NCBI GenBank assembly: GCA_902767135.1
Contig: CACXGE010000066.1
Location: 5,313-69,312 of the forward strand
DNA from: an uncultured Lachnospiraceae bacterium
GTDB taxonomy: Bacteria; Bacillota; Clostridia; Lachnospirales; Lachnospiraceae
Reading direction: 5' to 3'
Length of the DNA: 64,000 nucleotides
Shown: piece after piece, positions 1-10,811 of the stretch
How positions within the stretch are numbered: position 1 is the stretch's first letter
Layout of the letters: each line of letters opens with the position of its first letter
Position numbers and translations under genes: made by a program
The notes under the pieces: model-generated
Seen by the model: the letters and a program-made list of their open reading frames with translations, nothing else
The model's database searches: none
Told to the model about the DNA's origin: nothing

Positions 1-806
1 CTCTCTGTCATTTCCGGGAAGAAATCAAGACTTATCTGAACCTGCTTTCTCCTATCCATAGCCTCCACAGCATATCTGCTGATTTGCATCACGATAATTC
101 CGGAAAGCCCATAATCTGTAATCTGCAATTCACCCTGATTGCTGATTCTGTGCTCCCCCTGAATATACAAGTCCGCCATCACCTCACATCTGACCCCAGA
201 AGCCTCTTTACAAATCTTATCCTCTGCACAAAGTTGAACCAGTGCCGGCAATGGCTTAATGATTTTTAGCCCCAAAGCTTTTGCCAGAGTGTAACCGCTT
301 CCATCAGAACCGGTCTTTGGTGCCGCTTGAGAACCGGTAGCCAGGATGCAGGCATCCCCTTCATAACTTCCCTGGTTGGTTGTCACTAGAAATTTTCCCT
401 TTTCTTTTTTTATTTCATCTACCTTAGTATCATATACAATGGTTACTCCCAGTGCCAGACACTTTTGCAGCAGTTTCTTCTGAACAGTAACCGCTGTTTC
501 TGACCTTGGATAAACATACCCACGCTTTTCTTTGGTGGCAATGCCCAGTTCCTCCATATAGCTTATCGTATCTTCTACCGAAAAATACTTCAATAACTCA
601 TATCCAAATTCTGGTTTCTTCCCGCGAAAATCCTCTAAAGTCTGTACCATATTGGTAAGATTGCATTTTCCATTTCCGGTGACTAATATTTTCTTTCCTG
701 CTTTTGATGTATGTTCTAAAACAGTTACCTTTGCCTGATTTTTTGCTGCAAAATAGGCAGCGGTAAGCCCAGAGGCACCTGCCCCTATAATGATAATATG
801 TTTCAT
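1..806 (-). CDS. FAD-dependent oxidoreductase, HI0933/YhiN-type flavoprotein (5' part only; the gene runs off the left window edge)
   Basis: Absent from the ORF track because it is open at the edge. My reverse-strand translation from ATG 806-804 reads MKHIIIIGAGASGLTAAYFAAKNQAKVTVLEHTSKAGKKILVTGNGKCNLTN...TGSDGSGYTLAKALG... This gives a GxGxxG fold plus HI0933-family signatures, and the frame stays open to position 3. Confidence 0.8.
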   Translation of the reverse strand, partial: MKHIIIIGAGASGLTAAYFAAKNQAKVTVLEHTSKAGKKILVTGNGKCNLTNMVQTLEDFRGKKPEFGYELLKYFSVEDTISYMEELGIATKEKRGYVYPRSETAVTVQKKLLQKCLALGVTIVYDTKVDEIKKEKGKFLVTTNQGSYEGDACILATGSQAAPKTGSDGSGYTLAKALGLKIIKPLPALVQLCAEDKICKEASGVRCEVMADLYIQGEHRISNQGELQITDYGLSGIIVMQISRYAVEAMDRRKQVQISLDFFPEMTE

Positions 807-821
807 GATATTTTCCTTTCT

Positions 822-848
822 AAAAAAGCCCCGGCCAAAGCCAGGGCT
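822..848 (-). terminator. Rho-independent terminator after serA
   Basis: The minus strand reads AGCCCTGGC-tttg-GCCGGGGCT (9 bp including one G.U) followed by TTTTTT, 15 nt after the serA stop. Confidence 0.7.
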
Positions 849-862
849 ATATATAAGAAAAT

Positions 863-2026
863 TTATTTTACTACACGAACCTTTAAAGCACCTTCCATTG
901 CTTCTAATTCTTTGATAACTGCATCCGAAGCTGCCGCTTCGATATCAAGCAATGAATATGCGTAATCTCCACGGCTTACATTTACCATGTTTGCAATGTT
1001 GATATCCGCATTACCTAAGATTGCTGTAATCTTGCTGATAGTGTTCTTGATATTCTTGTGGCATACTGCGATACGGCTTGCACTTGCACACACACCCATA
1101 TCACAGGCTGGATAGTTTACAGAATTCTTGATATTTCCGTTTTCCATAAAGTCCATGATTTCTTCTACTGCCATAATCGCACAGTTATCTTCTGACTCTG
1201 CGGTAGAAGCTCCAAGATGAGGTGTTAAGATAACTCCCTCCTTGCCTACTGTGGTTGGATTTGCAAAGTCTGATACATACTTGCGAACCTTGCCTTCTGC
1301 CAAAGCCTTTACCATATCTTCTTCATTTACAAGTAAATCTCTTGCAAAGTTGAGAACGATAACTCCATCTTTCATCATATCGATGGCTTCTTTGTTAATC
1401 ATCTGCTTTGTAGAATCTAACAGTGGTACATGAATTGTGATGAAATCACATTCTTTATAAATATCATTTACATCTGTCACATGCTTGATATCTCTGGAAA
1501 GATTCCAAGCAGCCTTTACAGAAATATATGGGTCATATCCATATACATCCATTCCCATATGCTTTGCAGCGTTTGCCACCAACACACCGATAGCTCCAAG
1601 ACCGATGACACCAAGCTTTTTCCCCTTGATTTCTGTTCCCGCAAATTTGCTCTTTGCCTTTTCTGCAGCCTTTGAAATATTCTCATCTGCTGCATTTTCC
1701 TTACACCATTCAATACCACCTAAGATATCACGGGATGCAAGCAACATACCTGCAAATACCATTTCTTTTACACCGTTTGCGTTGGCACCAGGAGTATTGA
1801 ATACCACAATACCTTTGTCTGCACATTTATCTAAAGGAATGTTGTTGACACCTGCTCCGGCTCTTGCCACTGCGCAGAGATGATCAGATAATTCCATATC
1901 ATGCATTGCTGCACTTCTCACTAAGATAGCAGATGCTTCCTTCACATCCTCTGTCTTTGCATAGTCTGCTGTGAACAAATCCAGTCCACAGGCTGCGATT
2001 GGGTTTAAGCAATTATATTTATACAT
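863..2026 (-). CDS. serA: D-3-phosphoglycerate dehydrogenase
   Basis: 2-hydroxyacid dehydrogenase fold with NAD motif GVIGLGAIG and a C-terminal ACT-like region. I chose ATG at 2026 (MYKYNCL...) because the track start at 2047 would overlap the serC stop at 2028-2030. Confidence 0.92.
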   Translation of the reverse strand: MYKYNCLNPIAACGLDLFTADYAKTEDVKEASAILVRSAAMHDMELSDHLCAVARAGAGVNNIPLDKCADKGIVVFNTPGANANGVKEMVFAGMLLASRDILGGIEWCKENAADENISKAAEKAKSKFAGTEIKGKKLGVIGLGAIGVLVANAAKHMGMDVYGYDPYISVKAAWNLSRDIKHVTDVNDIYKECDFITIHVPLLDSTKQMINKEAIDMMKDGVIVLNFARDLLVNEEDMVKALAEGKVRKYVSDFANPTTVGKEGVILTPHLGASTAESEDNCAIMAVEEIMDFMENGNIKNSVNYPACDMGVCASASRIAVCHKNIKNTISKITAILGNADINIANMVNVSRGDYAYSLLDIEAAASDAVIKELEAMEGALKVRVVK

Positions 2027-2027
2027 T

Positions 2028-3110
2028 TTATGCGTTCTCCTTTTCAAATTTCTTCATGAATTCAACTAATTTTTCAACACCTTCGATTGGCATAGCATTG
2101 TAGATACTTGCACGCATACCACCTACGCTTCTGTGTCCCTTTAAGTTTTCAAATCCTGCTTCTTTTGCTTCTTTTACAAATTTTGCATCCATGTCAGCGT
2201 CTCCTGTCACAAATGGTACGTTCATCAGAGAACGGTCTTCCTTGCGAACAGTACCCTTGAATAATTTGCTTTCATCCAAGAAATCATAAAGGATTTTTGC
2301 TTTCTTTTCGTTTAATTCTTTCATCTTTTCAAGTCCGCCCATTTTCTTAAGCCACTTGAACACTTTGCCACAGATGTAGATGTTGTAAGCTGGTGGTGTG
2401 TTATATAAGCTGTCTGCATCTGCATGTGTCTTAAATTTTAACATAGTAGGTGTACCTTCTAATACATCATCTGTGATTAAATCTTCACGGATGATTACGA
2501 TAACCATACCTGCAGGTCCTACGTTTTTCTGAACTCCACCGTAGATAATTCCATATTTGGATACATCAACTGGCTCAGATAAGAAACAAGAAGAAACGTC
2601 AGCTACCAAAGTCTTTCCCTTAGTGTTTGGTAATGTCTTGAATTTTGTTCCGTAAATTGTGTTGTTTTCACAGATGTAAACATAATCTGCATCTTCTGAA
2701 ATTGGCAAATCGGAGCAATCTGGGATGTAAGAGAAAGTTTCATCCTCTGATGAAGCAATCTTGTTTGCCTTACCATACTTGGAAGCTTCCTGCCAAGCCT
2801 TCTTTGCCCACTGTCCTGTTACAATGTAGTCAGCCACTTTATTTTTCATAAGATTCATAGGAATCATAGCAAACTGCTGTGAAGCACCACCCTGTAAAAA
2901 TAATACTTTGTAGTTATCCGGAATCTTCATCAAATCACGGATATCCTGTTCTGCTGTCTTGATAATTTCTTCAAAAGCTTTTGAACGATGGCTCATCTCC
3001 ATTACGGACATTCCTGTTCCGTTGTAGTCAAGCATTTCTGCTGCTGCTTCCTTTAACACTTCTTCTGGTAATACTGCTGGTCCTGCTGAGAAATTGTACA
3101 CTCTGCTCAT
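2028..3110 (-). CDS. serC: Phosphoserine aminotransferase
   Basis: 360 aa. The N-terminus MSRVYNFSAGPAVLPEEVL is the classic SerC start, and the gene is adjacent to serA. Confidence 0.95.
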   Translation of the reverse strand: MSRVYNFSAGPAVLPEEVLKEAAAEMLDYNGTGMSVMEMSHRSKAFEEIIKTAEQDIRDLMKIPDNYKVLFLQGGASQQFAMIPMNLMKNKVADYIVTGQWAKKAWQEASKYGKANKIASSEDETFSYIPDCSDLPISEDADYVYICENNTIYGTKFKTLPNTKGKTLVADVSSCFLSEPVDVSKYGIIYGGVQKNVGPAGMVIVIIREDLITDDVLEGTPTMLKFKTHADADSLYNTPPAYNIYICGKVFKWLKKMGGLEKMKELNEKKAKILYDFLDESKLFKGTVRKEDRSLMNVPFVTGDADMDAKFVKEAKEAGFENLKGHRSVGGMRASIYNAMPIEGVEKLVEFMKKFEKENA

Positions 3111-3179
3111 TTTTTCATTTTCCTCCTAGAGATTGTTTTTTTATATTTATTTCAAGTCCCACTATTTTAGTCATCATAT

Positions 3180-4850
3180 TTATTTTTTCATATCTGTTTC
3201 ATCAAATACTTCTTCGATAGCTGCTGCTGGCGGTACCATTGGAAATACCTTGTCATCGCTGTCAATGATACATTCAATCACTACCGGCCCTTTGGCACGA
3301 AGAGCTTCTTCTACTGCTGTTTCTAATTCTTCCAAATTACTTACCCGGAAAGCCTTACAGCCCAATCCTTCCGACACTTTTACAAAGTCCACACCGTCAT
3401 TTAACACGGTCTGGGAATAGCGTTCTCCATAAAATAAGGTCTGCCACTGACGTACCATTCCAAGTACATGATTGTTTAACACCACCTGAATAATTGGGAT
3501 ATTGTATCTTGATGCGGTTGCCAGTTCATTTAAATTCATACGGAAACATCCGTCCCCAGCAATATTGATTACCGTCTTATCAGGATTTCCCACTTTGGCT
3601 CCAATACAGGCACCTAAGCCATATCCCATGGTTCCCAAACCACCGGACGAAAGATAGGTACGTGGATTCTTATATTTATAATACTGTGCTGCCCACATCT
3701 GATGCTGTCCCACATCCGTGGTGATAATTGCATCACCTTTTGTCGCCTCATAAAGTTTTTCAATCACTGCTGGTCCTGTAAGGGTCTCTCTCTGGTATGC
3801 TAATGGATATTTTTCCATCATATCCTTGATCTGTGCAATCCATTCTTTATTGTCATGCTGTGACATTTTATCACACAACTCTTTCAGCACAATCTTTGCA
3901 TCACCAATCAGGCAGGCATCCACTCTCACATTTTTATTTACTTCTACCGGGTCCACATCTATCTGCACAATTTTTGCGTTATAGGCAAATTTTGCTGCAT
4001 TTCCTGTGACACGGTCTGAGAATCTGGCACCTACCACCACCAGTAAATCACACTCTGTCACCCCGTAGTTTGCTGTCTTGGTTCCATGCATTCCCAACAT
4101 TCCGGTATAATAGTCATCTGTACCATCAAAGGCACCTTTTCCCATTAAACTATCACATACCGGAGCATCTAATTTCTTTACAAAAGTCTTTAACTCTTCT
4201 TCTGCCTCAGAAATAATGGCACCACCACCTACAAACACATATGGCTTCTTACTTTCGGCAATCAAAGAAAGCACAAGTTCCATGTCTTCCGGGTTCTGTA
4301 ATGGTTTTCTATGTATCACTTCCGGTTCTTCTTTGGTGTACTCTGTTACTGCCGCAGTAACATCCTTAGTGATATCGATAAGAACAGGTCCCGGACGTCC
4401 GGTTTTTGCGATTTTAAACGCCTTGCGGATGGTTTTTGCCAGTTCCTTTACATCTTTTACAATAAAATTGTGCTTGGTAATGGGCATGGTAACACCCACA
4501 ATGTCAATTTCCTGGAAAGAATCCTTTCCCAGTAAAGACACACCTACATTACAGGTAATTGCCACCATGGGAACAGAGTCCATATAAGCAGTTGCAATAC
4601 CTGTAACTAAGTTGGTGGCTCCCGGACCACTGGTAGCGAAACAAACGCCTACCTTTCCAGTGGAACGAGCGTAACCGTCAGCCGCATGGGAAGCTCCCTG
4701 CTCATGACTGGTAAGAATATGTTTGATTTCTTCATGCTTATACAATGCATCATAGATATTTAAGATTGCTCCACCCGGATATCCAAATACAGTATCTACG
4801 CCCTGTTCTTTTAAGCATTCTATCACGATTTCTGAACCGTTTAACTGCAT
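3180..4850 (-). CDS. ilvB: Acetolactate synthase, large (catalytic) subunit
   Basis: ThDP enzyme with GYPGGAIL and the GDGCFRMN ThDP motif. The track start at 4859 is GTG. ATG at 4850 has GGGAG 8 nt upstream, so I prefer it. Confidence 0.93.
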   Translation of the reverse strand: MQLNGSEIVIECLKEQGVDTVFGYPGGAILNIYDALYKHEEIKHILTSHEQGASHAADGYARSTGKVGVCFATSGPGATNLVTGIATAYMDSVPMVAITCNVGVSLLGKDSFQEIDIVGVTMPITKHNFIVKDVKELAKTIRKAFKIAKTGRPGPVLIDITKDVTAAVTEYTKEEPEVIHRKPLQNPEDMELVLSLIAESKKPYVFVGGGAIISEAEEELKTFVKKLDAPVCDSLMGKGAFDGTDDYYTGMLGMHGTKTANYGVTECDLLVVVGARFSDRVTGNAAKFAYNAKIVQIDVDPVEVNKNVRVDACLIGDAKIVLKELCDKMSQHDNKEWIAQIKDMMEKYPLAYQRETLTGPAVIEKLYEATKGDAIITTDVGQHQMWAAQYYKYKNPRTYLSSGGLGTMGYGLGACIGAKVGNPDKTVINIAGDGCFRMNLNELATASRYNIPIIQVVLNNHVLGMVRQWQTLFYGERYSQTVLNDGVDFVKVSEGLGCKAFRVSNLEELETAVEEALRAKGPVVIECIIDSDDKVFPMVPPAAAIEEVFDETDMKK

Positions 4851-4876
4851 TGTTTTCACTCCCTGCTGTATTTTTA

Positions 4877-6550
4877 TTATTTCTTGGAAGGCAGTTCTAA
4901 CACTGCTCCTCTGTTACCTGAGGTAACCAATTCTGCATAACGCTTTAAGTAACCTGTGGTAATTTTTGGCTCTCTTGGCTGCCATTTTGCCTTTCTTGCA
5001 GCTAATTCTTCATCAGAGATTACAAAATCAAGGGTATTTTCTGGTATGTTAATCTTGATGATATCTCCTTCTTCCACTAAAGCGATTGGTCCACCTACCG
5101 CTGCTTCCGGTGAAACGTGTCCGATGGATGCACCACGGGATGCCCCTGAGAAACGTCCATCTGTAATCAATGCTACGGAAGAGCCAAGTCCCATACCTGC
5201 AATGGCTGAAGTAGGATTTAACATTTCTCTCATACCTGGTCCGCCCTTTGGTCCTTCATAACGGATTACCACAACATCTCCCGCTACAATCTTACCGCCT
5301 TTAATTGCCGCAATGGCATCTTCCTCACAGTCAAATACTCTGGCCGGTCCTTCATGAACCATCATTTCCGGTGCAACTGCGGAACGCTTCACCACACCGG
5401 TATCCGGTGCCAGATTACCGCGAAGTACCGCAATACCACCTGTTTCACTGTATGGATTGTCGATTGGACGGATAACTTCAGTATCTTTATTTACACATCC
5501 TTCAATATTCTCTCCCACGGTCTTTCCTGTCACTGTCATGCAGTCTGTGTTAAGCAGATTTTTCTTGTTTAACTCATTCATTACTGCATACACACCGCCT
5601 GCCTCATTTAACTGCTCCATGTATGTATGCCCTGCTGGTGCCAGATGACAAAGATTTGGTGTACGGGAAGAAATCTCATTTGCAATATCTAAGTTTAACT
5701 CAATTCCACATTCATGGGCGATGGCTGGAAGATGCAACATACTGTTTGTGGAACAACCCAATGCCATATCTACCGTCAATGCATTCTGGAATGCTTTTTC
5801 TGTCATGATATCTCTTGGACGGATGTTCTTTTCTAACATCTCCATAACTTTCATACCTGCCTGTTTTGCAAGACGAATTCTTTCAGAATATACGGCTGGG
5901 ATGGTTCCATTCCCCCTTAATCCCATACCAAGAACTTCTGTCAAACAGTTCATAGAATTTGCTGTGTACATTCCGGAGCAGGAGCCGCAGGTTGGACAAG
6001 CCTTTTCTTCAAATTCAAGAACATCTTCTTCTGTCATGGTTCCTGCTGCATAAGAACCTACTGCCTCGAACATACTAGACAGTGAAGTCTTACATCCCTT
6101 TACTTTACCTGCAAGCATTGGTCCACCGCTGACAAATACCGTTGGAATATTTAATCTGGCTGCTGCCATCAAAAGTCCTGGTACATTCTTGTCACAGTTT
6201 GGAACCATAACCAAGGCATCAAAGGCATGAGCCATAGCCATACACTCTGTGGAATCACAAATCAAATCTCTTGTTACCAGAGAGTATTTCATTCCTGTGT
6301 GTCCCATGGCAATACCATCGCAGACTGCGATTGCCGGAAATACGATTGGTGTACCACCAGCCATTGCCACTCCCATTTTTACTGCATTTACGATTTTGTC
6401 AAGGTTCATATGACCTGGTACAATTTCATTGTATGAACTCACAATACCAACTAACGGTCTGTCCATCTCTTCTTTTGTCATACCAAGCGCATTGAATAAC
6501 GATCTATGTGGGGCCTGCTGCATCCCCTTAGTAACTGCGTCACTTCTCAT
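4877..6550 (-). CDS. ilvD: Dihydroxy-acid dehydratase
   Basis: 557 aa, MRSDAVTKG... N-terminus, conserved CDK/NVPG and Fe-S cysteines; SD AGGAGAG upstream. Confidence 0.96.
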   Translation of the reverse strand: MRSDAVTKGMQQAPHRSLFNALGMTKEEMDRPLVGIVSSYNEIVPGHMNLDKIVNAVKMGVAMAGGTPIVFPAIAVCDGIAMGHTGMKYSLVTRDLICDSTECMAMAHAFDALVMVPNCDKNVPGLLMAAARLNIPTVFVSGGPMLAGKVKGCKTSLSSMFEAVGSYAAGTMTEEDVLEFEEKACPTCGSCSGMYTANSMNCLTEVLGMGLRGNGTIPAVYSERIRLAKQAGMKVMEMLEKNIRPRDIMTEKAFQNALTVDMALGCSTNSMLHLPAIAHECGIELNLDIANEISSRTPNLCHLAPAGHTYMEQLNEAGGVYAVMNELNKKNLLNTDCMTVTGKTVGENIEGCVNKDTEVIRPIDNPYSETGGIAVLRGNLAPDTGVVKRSAVAPEMMVHEGPARVFDCEEDAIAAIKGGKIVAGDVVVIRYEGPKGGPGMREMLNPTSAIAGMGLGSSVALITDGRFSGASRGASIGHVSPEAAVGGPIALVEEGDIIKINIPENTLDFVISDEELAARKAKWQPREPKITTGYLKRYAELVTSGNRGAVLELPSKK

Positions 6551-6578
6551 TGCTTTCTCTCCTTTTTTATGCTCTAGA

Positions 6579-7661
6579 TTATATACGTTCTACTAATAAA
6601 TCACCCATTTTATCACAGCCAACCTGGGTACATCCCTCTGCCATAATATCAACAGTACGATAACCATCTGCCAATACTTTCTGAACTGCATTTTCAATAG
6701 CATCTGCTTCTTCTGACAAATCAAAAGAATAACGCAACATCATTGCCGCAGAAAGAATGGTTGCAATTGGATTGGCAATATTCTGTCCTGCAATGTCCGG
6801 TGCGGAACCGTGACTTGGCTCATATAATCCAAACTTTGTCTCATTTAAGCTTGCTGAACTTAACATACCGATAGATCCTGTTACCATACTTGCCTCATCA
6901 GATAAAATATCACCAAACATATTTTCTGTTAAGATAACATCAAACTGTCTTGGGTCTTTTACCAACTGCATGGCTGCATTGTCCACCAGCATATGTTCAT
7001 AGGTTACCTCTGGGTAATCCTTTGCCACTTCCTCTACCACTTTTCTCCAAAGTCTGGAAGAATCTAATACGTTTGCCTTATCTACGCTTGTTACCTTCTT
7101 GCGGCGTTTCATTGCAATGTCAAATCCACGAATAGCAATTCTTCTGATTTCATTCTCATCATAAGTCAGGGAGTCATACGCCTTTAACACACCGTTTTCT
7201 TCTACGGTTTTACGCTCTCCAAAGTACAACCCACCGGTTAATTCTCTCATGATTACCATATCAAACCCGTCACCAATGACTTCATCCTTTAACGGACAGG
7301 CTCCCTTTAATTCTTTATATAAAACGGCTGGTCTTACATTGGCAAATAAATTAAGTGCCTTACGAATCTTAAGTAAGCCTGCTTCTGGTCTTAATTCTGG
7401 TGGTAACTGATACCATGGCGATGTGGTGGTGTTTCCACCTATGGAACCCATAAGCACTGCATCCGAGGACTTTGCTGCCTCAATTGCTTCGTCTGTAAGT
7501 GGTACTCCATGGACATCAATGGAAGCTCCTCCCATAAGAATTTCCGTGTAATCAAATTTGTGTCCAAATTTGTCACCCACTGCGTCTAATACTTTCTTTG
7601 CTTCGTTTACGATTTCCGGACCGATTCCGTCTCCAGAAATCACGCCAACCTTGTAATTCAT
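6579..7661 (-). CDS. leuB: 3-isopropylmalate dehydrogenase
   Basis: [17 protein letters not shown]... is the canonical LeuB N-terminus. The 44-codon upstream extension in the ORF track has no homology-like character, and ATG 7661 has the SD GAAAGGAA. Confidence 0.93.
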   Translation of the reverse strand: MNYKVGVISGDGIGPEIVNEAKKVLDAVGDKFGHKFDYTEILMGGASIDVHGVPLTDEAIEAAKSSDAVLMGSIGGNTTTSPWYQLPPELRPEAGLLKIRKALNLFANVRPAVLYKELKGACPLKDEVIGDGFDMVIMRELTGGLYFGERKTVEENGVLKAYDSLTYDENEIRRIAIRGFDIAMKRRKKVTSVDKANVLDSSRLWRKVVEEVAKDYPEVTYEHMLVDNAAMQLVKDPRQFDVILTENMFGDILSDEASMVTGSIGMLSSASLNETKFGLYEPSHGSAPDIAGQNIANPIATILSAAMMLRYSFDLSEEADAIENAVQKVLADGYRTVDIMAEGCTQVGCDKMGDLLVERI

Positions 7662-7734
7662 TTTATCATTCCTTTCGTTGCTGTGCCCTTGCCTTTCAAA
7701 ATTATATTTGCATACAGCTTGAGCCATACTAAAT

Positions 7735-7763
7735 ATAATATAACAAATGCAACTATATTTCAA
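7735..7763 (-). promoter_or_regulatory. Candidate sigmaA promoter for the leuB-ilvD-ilvB-serC-serA string
   Basis: The minus strand reads TTGAAA-17 nt-TATTAT, immediately downstream of the yajC terminator and about 70 nt upstream of the leuB ATG. Confidence 0.4.
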
Positions 7764-7765
7764 GT

Positions 7766-7806
7766 ATAAAAATAGGGACGTTCCTTTTGTCACAAGGAAC
7801 GTCCCT
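7766..7806 (-). terminator. Rho-independent terminator after yajC
   Basis: Perfect 13-bp stem AGGGACGTTCCTT/AAGGAACGTCCCT with a 6-nt loop, followed by ATTTTTAT on the minus strand. Confidence 0.85.
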
Positions 7807-7811
7807 CACAT

Positions 7812-8123
7812 CTACTCGCCTGCCTTCTCCACCTGGACAATGGCTTCTTTCTTCATTGGAATACGACAATTCTTGTTACTTCCAAACTCAACGATTACGG
7901 TATCTTCATCTACATCGATAATCACACCATAGAAACCTGCGGTGGTGCACACGCTGTCACCGATTTCCAACTCAGAAAGCATAAGATTTAACCTCTTCTG
8001 CTCCTTTTTCTGTGGACGAATGGCAACTAAATAAAATCCACCTACGATAATCACAATATAGGCAATCATAATCCATGTGAACGAACTTCCTGACTCTGCC
8101 GCTGATGCTGCTAAAAACTGCAT
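7812..8123 (-). CDS. yajC: Preprotein translocase subunit YajC
   Basis: 103 aa with a single TM segment and the conserved motif LxxGDxVxTxGGxxGxI (here LEIGDSVCTTAGFYGVII). It has an AGGAGG SD and sits next to tgt, as in many Firmicutes. Confidence 0.9.
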   Translation of the reverse strand: MQFLAASAAESGSSFTWIMIAYIVIIVGGFYLVAIRPQKKEQKRLNLMLSELEIGDSVCTTAGFYGVIIDVDEDTVIVEFGSNKNCRIPMKKEAIVQVEKAGE

Positions 8124-8229
8124 AATATTTCCTCCTGTTTTTCTTATTTCTTAAGTAAACAGTAACTATTCATTACTTTCATAGCTACAACAAACCTATT
8201 GTACACAAAGCCAGAAAAAAATGCAACCA

Positions 8230-8523
8230 TTAATTCCCTTGTGCTTTTTTATACCTTGTGTTTTTTAGTAGCCATTCTTGGGCAATCAGCTTTTCACTAT
8301 CCCGAAAACGAATTCTAAGCCTTACTGTGCCTGATGTAGCATCAATATCAATAATTTCTCCTTCTTGGTACTATGGATGCACAATCACATCACCAATTTT
8401 ATATTCAACCTTGGAATTTTTCCAAGCCTTATATTCTTTTTGGGCTTTCGTTTGGCTTTGTGCCACCATGATTTTACTATTTAGCTTTGGTTTTTCCAAA
8501 ATTTTATCATAATCATGTTTCAT
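8230..8523 (-). pseudogene. Small conserved-looking ORF (97 codons) interrupted by an in-frame TAG at 8371-8373
   Basis: My reverse-strand translation: MKHDYDKILEKPKLNSKIMVAQSQTKAQKEYKAWKNSKVEYKIGDVIVHP*YQEGEIIDIDATSGTVRLRIRFRDSEKLIAQEWLLKNTRYKKAQGN*. The frame is retained across the TAG. Both halves fall below or outside the ORF-track criteria. Confidence 0.5.
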
Positions 8524-8569
8524 AAGGCTTTCTCCTGCCTAAGTGCCTCTTTTCGTTCCTTCGTTAAAA

Positions 8570-9697
8570 TCATGGCTGATTCATTCCTTCAAGCTTCTGT
8601 CTCTTGTACTCTGCAAACCGTCCTTCTTCTATGGCGGTACGGATTTCTTCCATCATGTTGTTATAAAAATAAAGATTGTGCATCACACACAAACGCATTC
8701 CCAACATTTCTTTTGCCTTTAATAAATGTCTGATATATGCTCTGGTGTGGTGTTTACAAGCCGGGCACTGGCAGCCTTCCTCAATGGGATTGTCATCCAA
8801 CTCAAATTTGGCATTAAATAGATTCAACTTTCCATGGTTGGTGTAAACGTGGCCATGGCGACCATTCCTGCTTGGATAAACACAGTCAAAGAAATCCACT
8901 CCCCGCTCTACTGCCTCTAGGATATTGGCCGGAGTTCCTACTCCCATCAGATACGTTGGCTTGTCTTCCGGTAAATATGGTACCACCGCCTCTATGGTAC
9001 GGTACATATCACTGTGGCTCTCTCCTACCGCCAGCCCTCCAATGGCATAGCCATCCAAATCAAGTTCCGTAATCTGCTTTGCATGCTCTCTTCGTACATC
9101 TTCAAGGCATCCTCCCTGGTTGATACCAAACAACATCTGTTTTTTATTGATGGTATCTTCTAAAGAATTTAATCTTGCCATTTCCTTCTTGCAACGCTCC
9201 AGCCAGCGAGTGGTTCTTGCCACGGACCGTTCCATATATTCTCTGGATTCCAGACTTGGGGGACATTCGTCAAAAGCCATGGCAATGGTGGATGCCAGAT
9301 TTGACTGAATCTGCATACTTTCCTCCGGGCCCATAAAAATCTTTCTTCCATCTACGTGGGAATTAAAATATACCCCTTCTTCTTTGATTTTTCGAAGGCT
9401 TGCCAGGGAAAACACCTGAAATCCGCCGGAATCGGTAAGAATTGGTTTGTTCCAGTTCATAAATTTGTGAAGTCCCCCTAATTTCTTTACCACCTGATCT
9501 CCCGGTCTTACATGTAAGTGATAGGTATTGGATAGTTCCACCTGGGTTTTTAGGTTCTCTAAATCCTCTGTGGCTACTGCTCCTTTGATGGCCGCTGCAG
9601 TACCCACATTCATAAATACTGGTGTTTCAATCACCCCATGGACCGTAGTCAGACGTCCTCTCTTTGCATTCCCATCTTTCTTGATTATCTGGTACAT
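8570..9697 (-). CDS. tgt: Queuine tRNA-ribosyltransferase
   Basis: 375 aa. Has VIETPVFMNVGT, DSGGFQ and the zinc site CxCxxC...H (CQCPACKHHTRAY). Confidence 0.96.
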   Translation of the reverse strand: MYQIIKKDGNAKRGRLTTVHGVIETPVFMNVGTAAAIKGAVATEDLENLKTQVELSNTYHLHVRPGDQVVKKLGGLHKFMNWNKPILTDSGGFQVFSLASLRKIKEEGVYFNSHVDGRKIFMGPEESMQIQSNLASTIAMAFDECPPSLESREYMERSVARTTRWLERCKKEMARLNSLEDTINKKQMLFGINQGGCLEDVRREHAKQITELDLDGYAIGGLAVGESHSDMYRTIEAVVPYLPEDKPTYLMGVGTPANILEAVERGVDFFDCVYPSRNGRHGHVYTNHGKLNLFNAKFELDDNPIEEGCQCPACKHHTRAYIRHLLKAKEMLGMRLCVMHNLYFYNNMMEEIRTAIEEGRFAEYKRQKLEGMNQP

Positions 9698-9776
9698 ACG
9701 TTTTGTTCCTCTCTTCTTTCTATATATCAGACCATAGTTGTATTGTAACTATTCCGCAGTTCTGAACAGATACATT

Positions 9777-10775
9777 CTATTTTATTTTTCCCTGCTTTCG
9801 CTTTTTCTTTTCTGCTATCTGTAACTGCAATTCCACTTTCATATCCAAAAACGCCCTCTTATACTTTCCTGAGGTTGCAGAGGGATGGGCATAAAACATA
9901 TAGTTTTTTGCTCCGAAATTTTTCTTTGCCAAAGCCTTATACTGTGATACTTTTTCTTTCATACTCTCATAGTAACTCCAAAGTTCCGGTGCATTTTCCG
10001 AAATCTCCATATGAGAATTTTCCATATAGTCTGCAAGCCTCTGTCTTCTTTCTGCGTTGGCCTTCTGTATTGCTTCCACTTTTCCTTCCACAGTTTCCCG
10101 AAGGACATCTTTTCTTTCCTCGAGGAGTTCCCGAAGCGCATCTGCCCTTTCTTCCACATTTTCCAACAGATTTTCCTTGCGTTCTGACAACTGGAATAAA
10201 AGCTTCTCTTCCATCTCCTCCAACTCTGTCTTCATTCTTTCCATCTGCTCTAACATCACTCTCACATCAATCGCTGCCTTGACAGAAATTACCGTATCCA
10301 CACAAAACAGACACAAAATAAAGATAGTCACCGGATATATCATAATCTCTGGAATGGAAAATAAAAGTTTCTCAATGGGTTTATGGATGACTTCTGTCAT
10401 CAATAGGGTTAAAAAGCCCCAGGCAATTGAGGAGGACAGACAGATGACCCCCTTATACTGAAACTTCTGATTGCTATAATCCCAGTATTTTACCTTGAAT
10501 AGAGCCTCCATGCCAATTCCTACAAAATATTCCAGTATCGTCGCTGCCACCATACCGGCAAAATAAGTTGCAACCAGATTTCCCGAAAAGGGGATGGATG
10601 CAAATAACATAATCATTGCCCCAGATGCATATATTGGCAGAATGGGACCTCTTAAAAATCCTCGGTTCACAAATTTTCTTTTCTTCACTGACACATAAGT
10701 TGTTTCAAATACCCAACCTAAAAAACCATATATAAAAAATATCAATATCCATTGAACTATATTATAATGATACAT
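9777..10775 (-). CDS. Multi-pass membrane protein, CmpB-like ('putative ABC-transporter type IV' family), with a C-terminal coiled-coil tail
   Basis: FFIYGFLGWVFETTYVSVKKRKFVNRGFLRGPILPIYASG matches my recollection of the PF06541-type N-terminus. The C-terminal third is E/K/L-rich heptad-like. ATG 10775 follows the SD GGGGGAAG, while the track start at 10802 would be almost leaderless. Confidence 0.75.
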   Translation of the reverse strand: MYHYNIVQWILIFFIYGFLGWVFETTYVSVKKRKFVNRGFLRGPILPIYASGAMIMLFASIPFSGNLVATYFAGMVAATILEYFVGIGMEALFKVKYWDYSNQKFQYKGVICLSSSIAWGFLTLLMTEVIHKPIEKLLFSIPEIMIYPVTIFILCLFCVDTVISVKAAIDVRVMLEQMERMKTELEEMEEKLLFQLSERKENLLENVEERADALRELLEERKDVLRETVEGKVEAIQKANAERRQRLADYMENSHMEISENAPELWSYYESMKEKVSQYKALAKKNFGAKNYMFYAHPSATSGKYKRAFLDMKVELQLQIAEKKKRKQGKIK

Positions 10776-10811
10776 ACTTTCTTCCCCCTTGTTTTCTATC
10801 ATGACTCAATC

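Noticed and set aside
6579-7793. N-terminal extensions given by the ORF track for leuB (44 codons), serA, ftsY, the 1434-aa protein, the DUF5662-like gene, the pyruvyl transferase, ilvB, aroE and pilA2.
   Set aside because: In each case a downstream ATG has a proper SD at 5-10 nt and restores the family-typical N-terminus. Several track starts are GTG or TTG, or would overlap the upstream gene.
7662-7811. A Leu/Ile T-box or leader-peptide attenuator upstream of leuB-ilvD-ilvB.
   Set aside because: Only about 150 nt are available. Most of that is taken by the yajC terminator and a candidate promoter, so the remaining ~70 nt are too short for a T-box. I found no Leu/Ile/Val-rich mini-ORF.
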